Notes under the pieces: generated by a model
Database searches by the model: none
The model's input: only the letters and a program-made list of their open reading frames with translations
What the model was told of the DNA's origin: nothing
Program-made: the position numbers and the translations under genes
Shown: positions 44,551 through 55,139 of the stretch, in pieces
Numbering within the stretch: the stretch's first letter is position 1
Layout of the letters: the number at the start of each line of letters is the position of its first letter
Virus record (IMG/VR): IMGVR_UViG_3300029653_000167
Span: 1 to 64,000 of that record
Source: a virus
Length of the DNA: 64,000 bases
Direction: 5' to 3' (one strand)

Positions 44551-47500
44551 ATGGCCTTGTATTCCGCTGGCGCGGTCGGCGTCGATATTCGCCCGGACAC
44601 CGATAATTTCTGGAAGATTCTCAACGCGGAACTGCATTCTCGCCACCCCGAGGTCACCGTTGATGTGAACACGAAGGGCGTCGCACGCGCCAAGGAGCAG
44701 ATGCGCGACCTTGACGGCAAGACCCTCACCAACGTGGTGAAGATCGACGGCGACCCGTCCGGCTTGCGTGCCATCGACAAGGCCATGCAGGCCCAGCGGA
44801 AGCAGTGGGAGAAGAAGCCGGTCACCAGCAGGTTCGACTTGGACGATACGTCGTTCAATGAGAAGATTCACCGGCTTTCCAACCAGATCAAGCGGACCGC
44901 CGGCCAGACGGAGGCGTTCGTCAAGAAGTCGCAGAAATCCGTGGCCGACAGTCTTCAGGACAGTCTCTCCCGCATGCGTTCGGCACGCGCCCTCTACGAC
45001 AAGGAGGCCACGGCCGCATCCCGCAGGCAGACCATGCTCATCAAGGACGAGCACGCCGCCTACGACATGTACGCGGAGGCCATCGAGAACGGGCGCAAAC
45101 GTCAGGAGCAGTTGACCCGCAGCCAAGCCGATGTCAGTAAGACCCTTGACTGGTCCATCAAGAAGATGAAGGAGCTGCGCGAGGCCGGGAACATCGACAC
45201 CGCGAACTGGTACAAGAACAGTCGCATCCCCGAGCTGCGCGAACAGCTCAAGGGCCTGAAAGCCGACCTGAAGGCGGTAGGCAAGGAGATAGCGGAGAAC
45301 AAGAAGGCGCAGGACAAGCTCTTCTCCGCTGATTTCGACAACAAGGTAGCGGCACAGCAGCGTCTTATCGACTCCAACACCAAGAAGTGGGAGAAGGCGA
45401 CCGACGCCATCTCCAAGTATTCGGACGCCGAGCTCATGCGCAAGGCGCGGCTCAATGACTTCAACCGTGAGAACGACCGGCTGTTCTCCGGCCTGAACAA
45501 GATTCTCGACCTTGAGGAGAAGTCCGAGAAGCTGAACCGCAGGCAGCTCCAGCAGCTGTCGAAGCTCACGGCCGGCCAGAAGGCGTTGGCCGAGGTGTTC
45601 GAAGACACGGGAACCAGCGTCAAACGCCTCAACGCGGTACAGAACGATTCGCGCCGCACGATGGACAAGCAGCGCAAGACCGCCCGCGAACTGACCAGCC
45701 TGTTCGACGAGCAGGAGACTCAGGTCAAGGCGCTTTCCGCCGCGTTCCAGAAGTTCAAGCCCATGGGCATCGACAAGAGCCTCGGCAAGGAGCTCAACAA
45801 TACCTTCGACCAGCTGAAGAAGCTGCGCGACTTCGCATCCCGCAAGCCGATCACCGCCAAAGCCACATTGGATAAGACCCAATGGGACAAAAAATACGCG
45901 GAACTGATGTATGACGCGGAGAAGCTGCGCGCCAAACTCGACCGGGAGCATGAGGTCAACGTCCGCGTCAAGGTGTGGGAGGACAACGCCGACAAGCTCG
46001 AAGCCCGGTTGGAGAAGCTGCGTCATACGCGCCTCGACATTCCCGTGGACTGGCAGGTCGATCAGGAACGAATCATCGCGTCGATGCGTGAGACCGCCGC
46101 CAAGATCAAAGCCAATCCCGAACGTCGTTGGGAGCTTGAAGCCGACCTCGACCTGCAAATGCATCGCGCCGAGGAGAAGCTGAAGAAATTCGAGGACAAG
46201 AACGACGAGCTGAAGATGGATTTGGACTTGGAGACCGCGTTGGCCCGAGCCCATCTCGCCTACTTCACCCGCCCCCGCACCATCGACATCTTCGCTAATT
46301 TCAAGGGCACTGACCTTGGCAAGATTTTCTCCGGCATGACCAGTGGTGCGACCGGTTTGAAGGGCGTGCAGAACCAGTTCGACAGTCTTGTGAACCTGTT
46401 CGACAAGCTCGACAAGGTGGTTCCCAAGTGGTCGATTCTCGGTGCCGGCGTCACCGCGTTGGGTGCCGGACTCCTGAACCTGGGACGCACTGCGGGCGGT
46501 GTCGGCGTCAGCCTCGTGTCCATGAGCAAGGCCGCGTTGGCCGCTCCCGCCGCGTTGGCTGGTCTGGCGTCCGCAGGCTACGTGGGCTACCGGGTGTTCG
46601 GTGATTTGAAGGAAAAGTTCGATGTCACCAAGACCTCGCTGGCGAACCTGAACAAGGAGTTGGGCGACAACGCTTGGAACGAGTACGGGGATAACCTGTA
46701 CCGTCTCGCCAACGACGTGGCCCCCTCACTGTCCAAGGGTTTGAACGGTATCGCCGTCGAGGAAGGCAAGGTGCTCAACGGGCTTATCGACGTGGTGCGC
46801 CAGTCCAACGAGGCCGACCAACTACCGCGTATCTTCGAGAACACTCGTCTCGCGGTGTCCGAACTGAACCCGGGCTTGCAGTCACTGGCCCGCGCGTTCC
46901 TCGGCTTGGGCGACCAGTCCAGCCAGTATCTGCCCCGCATGGCCTCCTACATTTCCGACGTGGCCGAGAAGTGGGCGAACTGGGTGGATACCGCCGAACG
47001 TACCGGTCAAGTCTCTAAGGCGATGGAAAAGGCCATCGAACAGGGCGGCTATCTGAAATCGTCCGTGTTCGACCTGATAGGCGTGTTTGAGGGCACGTTG
47101 GGTACTCTGGCGAAGACCGAGAACGGTATCCAAGGTTTTTCCGAGGCTTTGGAGAAAGCCAACAAGGCCGTTCACACCATCAAGTTCCAAGAGACTTTGG
47201 AGGCTTGGAGCGCTGGTGCGCAGGACGCGCAGGACAAGATGCGCAACGCCTTCAAGGATATTGGCGACGCCGCGTACTCGTTGAAGGACACCACTCGCGC
47301 GGTGTTCGGTGACGCGGGCCAGATCGTAGGCGAGGCCATCACTGGGTTGAGTCGCGTGTTGCAGCAGTCCGGTGGTGGAATCCGCGATTTCAGTTCCGGT
47401 GTCCGCGACGGGTTCAGCCAGGTGTTTGACGCGGTGGGTGACGCGGGCCCCATGTTCTCCGATTTGGCGAGCATGGTGGGCCAGTTGTCGCGCACGTTCG

Positions 47501-50415
47501 GCGGCACGTTCGCGTCCGCTTTGCGTACCGTGAGCCCGCTTATCAGCACCATCGCCAAGGGTGCCACCGGCGTGGCCCAAGCGTTCGACTCGTTGCCGGG
47601 GCCGGTGAAAAGCATCATCACATTGTGGGCCACGTTCGGTCGTGCGGGCAAGACGGCGTTCGAGTCGTTGAAGACCGGCATGTTGCAGAACATCCAGTCC
47701 ACGATGCGATACCAGAAGATGCTCAGCGAACTGGGTTTGAGCGCCGAACAGGCGTCCGTGAAAATGGGCACCCTGATTAAGGCGATGAACCAGTTGCGTT
47801 CCGGCAATTATGCGGGTATTCTGTCCGGCGCCATCAGCGAGGTCAATTCCCTCGGCATGGCGGCGGAAGCTAACTCGAAGAAGCTGCTCCTTCCGGGGAA
47901 CGCTGCCAAGGAGACTTCCAAGGACATGGGCGGCTTGGTCGGTGCGAACGGTCAGGCCATCGCCTCCATCCGTTCGGCCGGGGAGCAGGCCGAACAGCAG
48001 TCCGGCAGGTTCGGTTCGTTGAAGACCGGCGTGAAGAACCTGTGGGATGCGTTCGGCGGCTGGACGACGGTTGCCGGTCTGGGAATCAGCGCGGGCATCG
48101 CCGTCATCGGCAATGCGATATCCGACTACACGACGAAGGCGGAAGCATCCAAGCAGGCGATGGACAAGGTCATCGACGGCATGAAGGGCATCAAGTCCAA
48201 CGCCAAGGAGGCGGCGGACGCGTTCAACGATTTCAAGTCGGAGACCACGAAACAGTGGGATGACCCGTCGCTCCTGTTCGGCAAGGACGGTGGCGGCGCG
48301 GTCACTGAATGGCTCGTCAAGGTCAGCGGCGGCTACACGTCCGCAGCCGACGCGGCCAAACGTCTGGGCATCAATACCAGTACGCTGACCGATGCGGTCA
48401 GCGGCAACGAGGCCGGCTACAAGAAGCTCGTCAAACAGTTGGAGGCGCAAAGCAAGGAGACATACAAGGCCAGCGACCAGTACGGCATGATGGTCGAGAA
48501 GCAGACCGATGCCGCCATCGCCGCCGACACGCTGTTGCAGGCGTTGAAGAAGCAGCACAAGGAAGGCTTGGAGAAATCCGTCAAGGAGCAGATGAAATAT
48601 CTGCGTTCCCTCGAACAGATCTCCGATTCCTCCTCCGCGCTGTCCGACAAGCTCAGCTCGCTCGCCACGACGGTCAAGGCGAACGGTCAGGCGTTCAAGG
48701 AAAACGGCGAACTGGCTGACGCCAACAACGCCGCCTATGTGCGCACCGACAAGGCGATGAAGGATGTGGCCGCTACCGCGTTGCTGTCCGCCCATCAGCT
48801 TCTCTCCTATGGTGAGAAGAACGGTCAGGTGGAGGAGTACACGCAGAAGGCCGCAAACTCCATTTATGAGGCGCGTGAGGCCATCGTGCAGCAGGCTCAG
48901 GCCGCTGGCATGAGTGAGGAAGCTGCTGAAAGGTACGCTGATTCGCTTGGTCTGATTCCCTCTGATGTGGGTACCACGATCACCGCTCATTCGGAAATCG
49001 CCCAAGATGCGGTGGATAAGCTCATGCAGGGCATATCCGGTCTGACCGATGGTGAGAAAGAGATCGTTATCCGGCTACGTGAAGCTGGAGTGGTCACCAC
49101 GTTGGACGGTGTTCTCAGTCTTGTTGAGCAGCTGATGAAAGGCGACTTGTCCGAGAGGGACCTCACATTGCTGTTGAACGCGAAGGGCAATGCTCGCTGG
49201 GAGACAGGCGAGGTCAAGGAGAATCTTCTTGCTCTCGGCATGTCCAAGAAAGCCTACAAGTGGCTGTTCTCAGGTGAGGGCAACGCTGAGGAGCGCATGC
49301 AGAAGGTCAGGGACGAGCTCGGCTATCTGAACCTGACCGACGAGCAGATACAGTGGATTCTCGACTGTATCGACCACGCTTCCGGCAAGATAAAGGACGT
49401 GGAGAAGAATAAGGTTCCCGCCGCCAAGGGCGTCAGCTTCAACATCGACGCCGACGATGATGACGCTCAGGTGAAACTCGCCTCCTATAGGGAGTCCGAT
49501 GGTGAAAAGCTCGCTGAGAATAATATTCTCGTCAGCGCCGTCGATAACACCAGCGAGGGCACCGAGTCCGCTAAGGCGAACGTGTTCAGTGTTCCACATG
49601 AATGGTGGTCGTGGCTGTTCGGACTTGATGGCACCAGTGGCCCATCCGGTATCGCGAAGAACGCCGTTGAGAGCATTCCTCAGCAGTGGCAGTCTATATT
49701 GACTGGTTCCGGCAATACGACGCTGTTTTCCAACATCGCCAATAATGCGGTTCGGAATATTCCTCAGCAGTGGTTGTCCATGTTTACGGGTCTCGGCAAT
49801 ACGCCATTGTTTGCCGGAACGGCACGAAGCATGATCGGCAAGGTGCCCACCTATCATTCCACGACGTTGAATGCGATGGGCAACGCTTTGGATGTCGCGT
49901 CGAACCTGCTATCCACTCTGCGGTCAATCGCTGGTCGCACATGGACGGCTTTCATCGACACGATATCCGGGGGTGGCGGTCATGCTACCGGTGGTCGTAT
50001 CTATGGTCCCGGTACTTCCACTTCTGATTCGATTCCGGCGATGCTGTCCAATGGTGAGATGGTGCTTCGTGCCGCAGCCGTCAAGAAGATTGACGCCGTG
50101 TATGGCAGGAGTTTCCTGAACACGTTGAACGCGGTCGGCAGTGTGGAGAAAGCCATGCAACCGTCCGAGTTCGCGTTGAACGCTCGCAGGAAGTCTCAGG
50201 CGTATGCGACCGGTGGCCGCGTATCCACGGCGAACGGCTCGTGGAACGTCGAAGTCAACCCGGTGATAAAGGTCGAACTTCCCGCGAATACGGGGAACAC
50301 GACGAACAACACGGTGACTATCAACGGCGTGGAGTCCTCCGACCGGAGGATAGCCGACGCGGTGGAAACCCTTGTCGCTTCCGCCACCCGGAAACGCAAC
50401 ATGCGTCCGCGCTGA
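44551..50415 (+). CDS. tail tape measure protein (1954 aa)
   Basis: Very long coiled-coil-rich ORF with Gly-rich TM segments. C-terminal lysozyme-like/peptidase motif region GGHATGGRIYGPGTSTSDSIP. Confidence 0.9.
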   Translation: MALYSAGAVGVDIRPDTDNFWKILNAELHSRHPEVTVDVNTKGVARAKEQMRDLDGKTLTNVVKIDGDPSGLRAIDKAMQAQRKQWEKKPVTSRFDLDDTSFNEKIHRLSNQIKRTAGQTEAFVKKSQKSVADSLQDSLSRMRSARALYDKEATAASRRQTMLIKDEHAAYDMYAEAIENGRKRQEQLTRSQADVSKTLDWSIKKMKELREAGNIDTANWYKNSRIPELREQLKGLKADLKAVGKEIAENKKAQDKLFSADFDNKVAAQQRLIDSNTKKWEKATDAISKYSDAELMRKARLNDFNRENDRLFSGLNKILDLEEKSEKLNRRQLQQLSKLTAGQKALAEVFEDTGTSVKRLNAVQNDSRRTMDKQRKTARELTSLFDEQETQVKALSAAFQKFKPMGIDKSLGKELNNTFDQLKKLRDFASRKPITAKATLDKTQWDKKYAELMYDAEKLRAKLDREHEVNVRVKVWEDNADKLEARLEKLRHTRLDIPVDWQVDQERIIASMRETAAKIKANPERRWELEADLDLQMHRAEEKLKKFEDKNDELKMDLDLETALARAHLAYFTRPRTIDIFANFKGTDLGKIFSGMTSGATGLKGVQNQFDSLVNLFDKLDKVVPKWSILGAGVTALGAGLLNLGRTAGGVGVSLVSMSKAALAAPAALAGLASAGYVGYRVFGDLKEKFDVTKTSLANLNKELGDNAWNEYGDNLYRLANDVAPSLSKGLNGIAVEEGKVLNGLIDVVRQSNEADQLPRIFENTRLAVSELNPGLQSLARAFLGLGDQSSQYLPRMASYISDVAEKWANWVDTAERTGQVSKAMEKAIEQGGYLKSSVFDLIGVFEGTLGTLAKTENGIQGFSEALEKANKAVHTIKFQETLEAWSAGAQDAQDKMRNAFKDIGDAAYSLKDTTRAVFGDAGQIVGEAITGLSRVLQQSGGGIRDFSSGVRDGFSQVFDAVGDAGPMFSDLASMVGQLSRTFGGTFASALRTVSPLISTIAKGATGVAQAFDSLPGPVKSIITLWATFGRAGKTAFESLKTGMLQNIQSTMRYQKMLSELGLSAEQASVKMGTLIKAMNQLRSGNYAGILSGAISEVNSLGMAAEANSKKLLLPGNAAKETSKDMGGLVGANGQAIASIRSAGEQAEQQSGRFGSLKTGVKNLWDAFGGWTTVAGLGISAGIAVIGNAISDYTTKAEASKQAMDKVIDGMKGIKSNAKEAADAFNDFKSETTKQWDDPSLLFGKDGGGAVTEWLVKVSGGYTSAADAAKRLGINTSTLTDAVSGNEAGYKKLVKQLEAQSKETYKASDQYGMMVEKQTDAAIAADTLLQALKKQHKEGLEKSVKEQMKYLRSLEQISDSSSALSDKLSSLATTVKANGQAFKENGELADANNAAYVRTDKAMKDVAATALLSAHQLLSYGEKNGQVEEYTQKAANSIYEAREAIVQQAQAAGMSEEAAERYADSLGLIPSDVGTTITAHSEIAQDAVDKLMQGISGLTDGEKEIVIRLREAGVVTTLDGVLSLVEQLMKGDLSERDLTLLLNAKGNARWETGEVKENLLALGMSKKAYKWLFSGEGNAEERMQKVRDELGYLNLTDEQIQWILDCIDHASGKIKDVEKNKVPAAKGVSFNIDADDDDAQVKLASYRESDGEKLAENNILVSAVDNTSEGTESAKANVFSVPHEWWSWLFGLDGTSGPSGIAKNAVESIPQQWQSILTGSGNTTLFSNIANNAVRNIPQQWLSMFTGLGNTPLFAGTARSMIGKVPTYHSTTLNAMGNALDVASNLLSTLRSIAGRTWTAFIDTISGGGGHATGGRIYGPGTSTSDSIPAMLSNGEMVLRAAAVKKIDAVYGRSFLNTLNAVGSVEKAMQPSEFALNARRKSQAYATGGRVSTANGSWNVEVNPVIKVELPANTGNTTNNTVTINGVESSDRRIADAVETLVASATRKRNMRPR

Positions 50416-50499
50416 CCGTCAGAGAACCGTTGCAAGCCAGTTTGTTTCAGCTTGCAACGGTTTCCTCCTGTTTCCTAACATCGTCAAGAAAGGTTTGTC

Positions 50500-52770
50500 A
50501 TGGTTGAAGGTGCCGGCAATATCATCGGCGGCGGCTGGCGTTGCTGCGTACAAGCCGGTATCGTCTCGCAGAACGCGACACAGGCCGTCATAGGCGTGCA
50601 CATCATCTACCGTCGCACCGACCCGTCGCGCTGGGTGGCGTCCGATGCCGTGTCCGGTGGCGCTTGGGTCAATGGCGTGAGCACGAGCACGAACACGGTG
50701 AACTTCGGCTACCGGTCCTTCAACGGCGACGTGGATTTACACACCCAGCAAGTGACCGTCACGAAGCAGGAGTCCGCGCAGACGTTCTCCTGCCGCGCGT
50801 TCCTGAACATCCCATATGGTTTGCCGGGACGGTCGGAAGCGCATGTGAACCTCACGGTTCCCGGCATCACGTATGCGAAACCGAACCCGCCGAAGAACGT
50901 ATCATGGACGCGGGTCAATGATTCAAGCGTGAAGGCCGCATGGCAGTCGAACTATGATAATGCGGCGCGAAAATATTGGAAGCAGATCTACGCAGACCAG
51001 TGCGTCGGCTTGAACGGCGGCACACAAGGCGCGTGGGGTCTGGTCAAGGCGTTGAACTGGGACGCCTTGAACTATTCGTACACGGGGTTGAAGGCGAACG
51101 CCCGATACCAGTTCCGTGTCGCGGCCCAGAACCCTGGCGGAGTGTCCGACCATGTGTACTCGGGCTACATCTACACGACGCCGGCCGCCCCCGTGGCGGT
51201 GAACGCGGTGAAACTGTCCGAACAGTCCGTGCGCGTGACCGTGGATGCGTCGAAATCGTATGTGTATGGCATCAGACTGCGGCGCAGGGTGAACGGCGGC
51301 GAATGGGCCGACATAACCGGAGGCACCCCCGGTGCGACGGCCGAAGGCTGGCTTCCCGACATAAACGGAATCCAGAACGTCACGTGGACCGACACCGCAG
51401 CTCCTGCGGGCCAAGTCCAGTACGCGGCGTTAGTGGGAAGACCTGTCTACGGCGATGACAACTCCAAGACCACGCTCTTCTCCGACTGGACGTACAGCAA
51501 CACTATCCAGACGGCCGTGGCCCCTTCCGCGCCGACGATTCTGAACCCGACGCAGAACGGCGCGTATGTTGTCAATCAGCCGATGACGGTCGCTTGGAAA
51601 CCGAATCATCCTGACGGTTCCGCCCAATCCGCCGCGCAGGTGGAGGTCACCGACCCCTCGGACGTTACGGTCATCGAAGAGCAGACTACGAACACCAGTT
51701 ATCAGCGCACGCCCAAAAGCTGCGGCTCGTATAGGATTCGCGTGCGCACCAAGGGCATCCACGCCGACTGGGGCGCATGGTCGAACTACGTGACCTTCAC
51801 GGTCGCGAAATATCCGAACATCAGCATCAACAAGCCTTCCGGCACCATTACGGCGACACCGTTCACCGTGGCGTGGACCGTGGCGGACGATACGGGCGTC
51901 AGCTCGCAGACGCTCATCATCCAGTCGGACGGCGTGGAGAAATACCGGAAGACGATGGACGGTTCCACGCGAAGCCTGAGCATCGGCGCAAGCCAGTATC
52001 TGCCGAACAACAATTCGACGTTGACCATCACGCTCGTGGTGCGCGGCGGTTCCGGCTTGGAATCCAGCACGAGCGTCGTGAGGGACGTGGACTGGCCGGA
52101 CCCGGCCGAGCCGATGGCCGCGATAGAGTCGAACAATGATTACGCGGCGTTGGTCATCGTGTCGTTCGGCGTGCCGGAGGAAGGCCAGTCGGAGACGGTC
52201 AGCGCATCCGTCATCCGTGTCATGCCTGACGGTTCGGAGGTGCTTATCGCCTCGAACCTGTTGGACCAGCAGTTGGCCGTGGACCCCATTCCCCCGTTGA
52301 ACACCGACTTCCATTACAGGGTGGTCGCGTATTCGGCTATGGGCACGACCATCGCACGCATGGTGGACGCGCGCATCGAATCCGGGTTCGGAGTGTTGAA
52401 CTTCGGCACGGATGCGGGTCAGACGTTATTGCTCGGCTATAACAACACGGTGTCTCATAAGCGTTCCCATTCGACCAGCGAGTTTCATTTCGCGCGGGGC
52501 GACGGGGCGAATGCTCTGCCTTCCAGCTACGAATTGGACCAGTTGGATTCCACGGTGAGCGTCACCGGCGTATGGGAGTGGGACCAAGCGTTGTGGCTGC
52601 GGATACTCTCGTTGGCTGACGGATACCCTTACGCATGGTATCGGGAGCCTTCCGGCCTGCGTGTCTACGTGAAGGCGGAACAGTCCGTGAGCGTTGACAT
52701 CGCGGACAAGAAGAACATCAGCTATTCCGCCGACCTGACCCAATTGACATGGGAGGAGCCTGTCCTATGA
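50500..52770 (+). CDS. distal tail/baseplate protein with fibronectin-III-like repeats
   Basis: First gene after tape measure; repeated beta-rich modules. Confidence 0.45.
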   Translation: MVEGAGNIIGGGWRCCVQAGIVSQNATQAVIGVHIIYRRTDPSRWVASDAVSGGAWVNGVSTSTNTVNFGYRSFNGDVDLHTQQVTVTKQESAQTFSCRAFLNIPYGLPGRSEAHVNLTVPGITYAKPNPPKNVSWTRVNDSSVKAAWQSNYDNAARKYWKQIYADQCVGLNGGTQGAWGLVKALNWDALNYSYTGLKANARYQFRVAAQNPGGVSDHVYSGYIYTTPAAPVAVNAVKLSEQSVRVTVDASKSYVYGIRLRRRVNGGEWADITGGTPGATAEGWLPDINGIQNVTWTDTAAPAGQVQYAALVGRPVYGDDNSKTTLFSDWTYSNTIQTAVAPSAPTILNPTQNGAYVVNQPMTVAWKPNHPDGSAQSAAQVEVTDPSDVTVIEEQTTNTSYQRTPKSCGSYRIRVRTKGIHADWGAWSNYVTFTVAKYPNISINKPSGTITATPFTVAWTVADDTGVSSQTLIIQSDGVEKYRKTMDGSTRSLSIGASQYLPNNNSTLTITLVVRGGSGLESSTSVVRDVDWPDPAEPMAAIESNNDYAALVIVSFGVPEEGQSETVSASVIRVMPDGSEVLIASNLLDQQLAVDPIPPLNTDFHYRVVAYSAMGTTIARMVDARIESGFGVLNFGTDAGQTLLLGYNNTVSHKRSHSTSEFHFARGDGANALPSSYELDQLDSTVSVTGVWEWDQALWLRILSLADGYPYAWYREPSGLRVYVKAEQSVSVDIADKKNISYSADLTQLTWEEPVL

Positions 52771-53894
52771 GTGATTGGAGCAAGCCTTTCAAGGTCGCCT
52801 ACCGTGTGATGCGAGTCAACAGGAACACGGGTTTGGAGACCGGACGGTTGGATTGGGTGATATCCGGGGGCAGCATCGAACGCAACCAGGACACCAATAT
52901 CTGCGAATCCGGTTCCCTGACCGTGGAGGGGGCGACCGACCTGGGCACCGACCGGCTACGGATATGGGCCGACTGCACGTGGCATGATGGTTCCACGGCA
53001 AGTGTGCCGTTGGGCACGTTCCTTCCCAACATCCCCAAGCGCAGCGTGAACGGCAAGGAATCTTCCAGCCAACTGGATTTGTACGGGCTGCTGCAAGAAG
53101 TCGATGACGACATGTTCGAGTCGCCGATAACGATAGGCAAGGGCAAGAAGGCCGTGACCGCCGCCGCCGACATCCTCAAGGGATGCGGGCTTCAGGTCGC
53201 GGCCTACAATCCCGGCAATTACACGCTGAAGGATAATTGGACGTTCGGTTTGAGGTCCGATAAGGACAAGGACAAGGGCAGCACCAAGCTTGACGCGGTG
53301 AACGATCTCTTGGATTTGGCCGGATACTCCAGTGCGAGAACCGACGAGTACGGGCGCGTCATATTGGAGAAGTATGTGGAGCCGGGCAAACGCCAGCCGA
53401 AATGGACGTTTCAGGAGGGTGCGAACGCCACGTTCCTCACCACCATGACCGACGAACGCGACCTGCGTGAGGTGGCGAACGTGGTGAAGGTCACCTACTA
53501 CAACACGGACAAGGAATACGTTTCGACCGCGATTGACGATGACCCGGCTTCGGAGTTCAGCACTGTCAGCCGTGGCCGCAGGGTGGCTCACGCCTACGAG
53601 TATTCCAGCATCCCCGACGAGGTGACTACCGACGAGCAAGGCAGGAAACTCGCCTCGGACAAGGCGTTGGAACTGCTACGCACCGAACAATCCGTGATTC
53701 ACAGGGTCACGTTCACGCACGTGTACGCTCCTTTGAATCTGACCGACGTGGTGGACTTGGAGTATCCGACCGGCTCGGTTTCCGGCAGGTTTGCGATACG
53801 CGCGCAGAATATCACTTTGGAGGCCGGTATTCCCATCGAATGCGAGGCCCGTACCTTCCAGCGTCCAAGCGAACCAACAACAGTGAAGGCATAA
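52767..53894 (+). CDS. tail-associated protein
   Basis: ATGA-coupled after the distal tail gene. Confidence 0.4.
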   Translation: MSDWSKPFKVAYRVMRVNRNTGLETGRLDWVISGGSIERNQDTNICESGSLTVEGATDLGTDRLRIWADCTWHDGSTASVPLGTFLPNIPKRSVNGKESSSQLDLYGLLQEVDDDMFESPITIGKGKKAVTAAADILKGCGLQVAAYNPGNYTLKDNWTFGLRSDKDKDKGSTKLDAVNDLLDLAGYSSARTDEYGRVILEKYVEPGKRQPKWTFQEGANATFLTTMTDERDLREVANVVKVTYYNTDKEYVSTAIDDDPASEFSTVSRGRRVAHAYEYSSIPDEVTTDEQGRKLASDKALELLRTEQSVIHRVTFTHVYAPLNLTDVVDLEYPTGSVSGRFAIRAQNITLEAGIPIECEARTFQRPSEPTTVKA

Positions 53895-54590
53895 ATGCAG
53901 TCGAACCTGATAAGGGCCGGCAATCGTCTGGCCGAAATCATGCCCTCCCAAGTGGGGGCGGAAGCCACCATCACGCGCATCGGCACCATCAACACGGTGT
54001 ACGACACAGGAGGGTATTGGACCGCTGACGTGGATATGAGCGGCGGCACGCTCATGGGATTGCAGATGACCACGGATTGTGTGGGAGCCCGAGCCGGTGA
54101 CAGGTGCGTGGTGGAAACCTACGCGAAAGTCGCCATCGTCACCGGCATCCTTGCGCGTCCGGGGTGCGGATGCTCCCCCTTGTTTGAGTGGTCGAGCACG
54201 TGGAGTGGTACCCCTGGGACTGAGCCTAAGAGTGGTTATCTTGAGAAGACTGCGACTGTTACTTGCGGGGGGCTTATCCTGTGCGAGGTTGCGGCCGCGA
54301 TCAGCGGTACCGGCGAATACAATATGGCGTTCGACTTCTTGGACGCGAACGGTGAGCGTAAAGCGTATTGGTGTTCCACGTCGCCGCAGAAGAACGGCGG
54401 CACGTTGAGGTGGGTTGCTTCCGGTTCTGTGCGGTTGCCTTACGGCTCGTACACGGTGAAGCTCACGACGTTTCATTGGGGCACGGTTTCCATTGTCGGC
54501 AATGATTCGTCTGGTAATAGTCTGCGTTGGCGTGACGCATCGTTAGGGGCTGAAGGTGTTTCGCGTTATGCGCGGTTGCGTATGGCGTGA
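53895..54590 (+). CDS. tail protein
   Basis: Position. Confidence 0.35.
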   Translation: MQSNLIRAGNRLAEIMPSQVGAEATITRIGTINTVYDTGGYWTADVDMSGGTLMGLQMTTDCVGARAGDRCVVETYAKVAIVTGILARPGCGCSPLFEWSSTWSGTPGTEPKSGYLEKTATVTCGGLILCEVAAAISGTGEYNMAFDFLDANGERKAYWCSTSPQKNGGTLRWVASGSVRLPYGSYTVKLTTFHWGTVSIVGNDSSGNSLRWRDASLGAEGVSRYARLRMA

Positions 54591-54710
54591 AGTGGACGTG
54601 TCCCGCCTTGCCGTTTGTTGTAAGCATAATACGTAACGCCTGACGATAGTCAGTTGACTTAGCCTCACACCATATCGTGTGGGGCTTTCCCATATTCGAA
54701 AGGACACTGA

Positions 54711-55139
54711 ATGTCCCCTTTTCATGACCTGTTTTCAAGCGCCGAGTTTTGGAGCGCGTTGATTCTCGCGCTCCTCGGCGGTGGCGGCATCGGCGGACTG
54801 GTCGGCGCGTGGTCGAACAGCAGGAAAACCGAGGCCGATATCGACGGCATCACCGCCGACGCGGCCGACAAGGCCGTGAAGATTCTCACGGAAAGCATCA
54901 TCGACCCGTTGCGTGAGCAGGTCGCTTTTCAGGAGACCCAAATCCAGCATTTGGAGGAGGTGCAACGCAAGTATTTCAAGATCGTGGCCTATGTGCGTGG
55001 CCTGTTCCATTGGCTGCAATCGTTCTGCGAAGTGACGGAACCCGAGTTTTTGAAACGTCATCCCAAGCCATCGCTGCCGGACGAGCTTCGCCAGGACGTG
55101 GCCCCCGAAACAATCGAATCCAATAAGGAGGAACAGTAA
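54711..55139 (+). CDS. membrane-associated small protein in tail module
   Basis: N-terminal hydrophobic WSALILALLGGGGIGGLVGAW; preceded by terminator + CATATTCGAAAGGACAC module. Confidence 0.35.
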   Translation: MSPFHDLFSSAEFWSALILALLGGGGIGGLVGAWSNSRKTEADIDGITADAADKAVKILTESIIDPLREQVAFQETQIQHLEEVQRKYFKIVAYVRGLFHWLQSFCEVTEPEFLKRHPKPSLPDELRQDVAPETIESNKEEQ

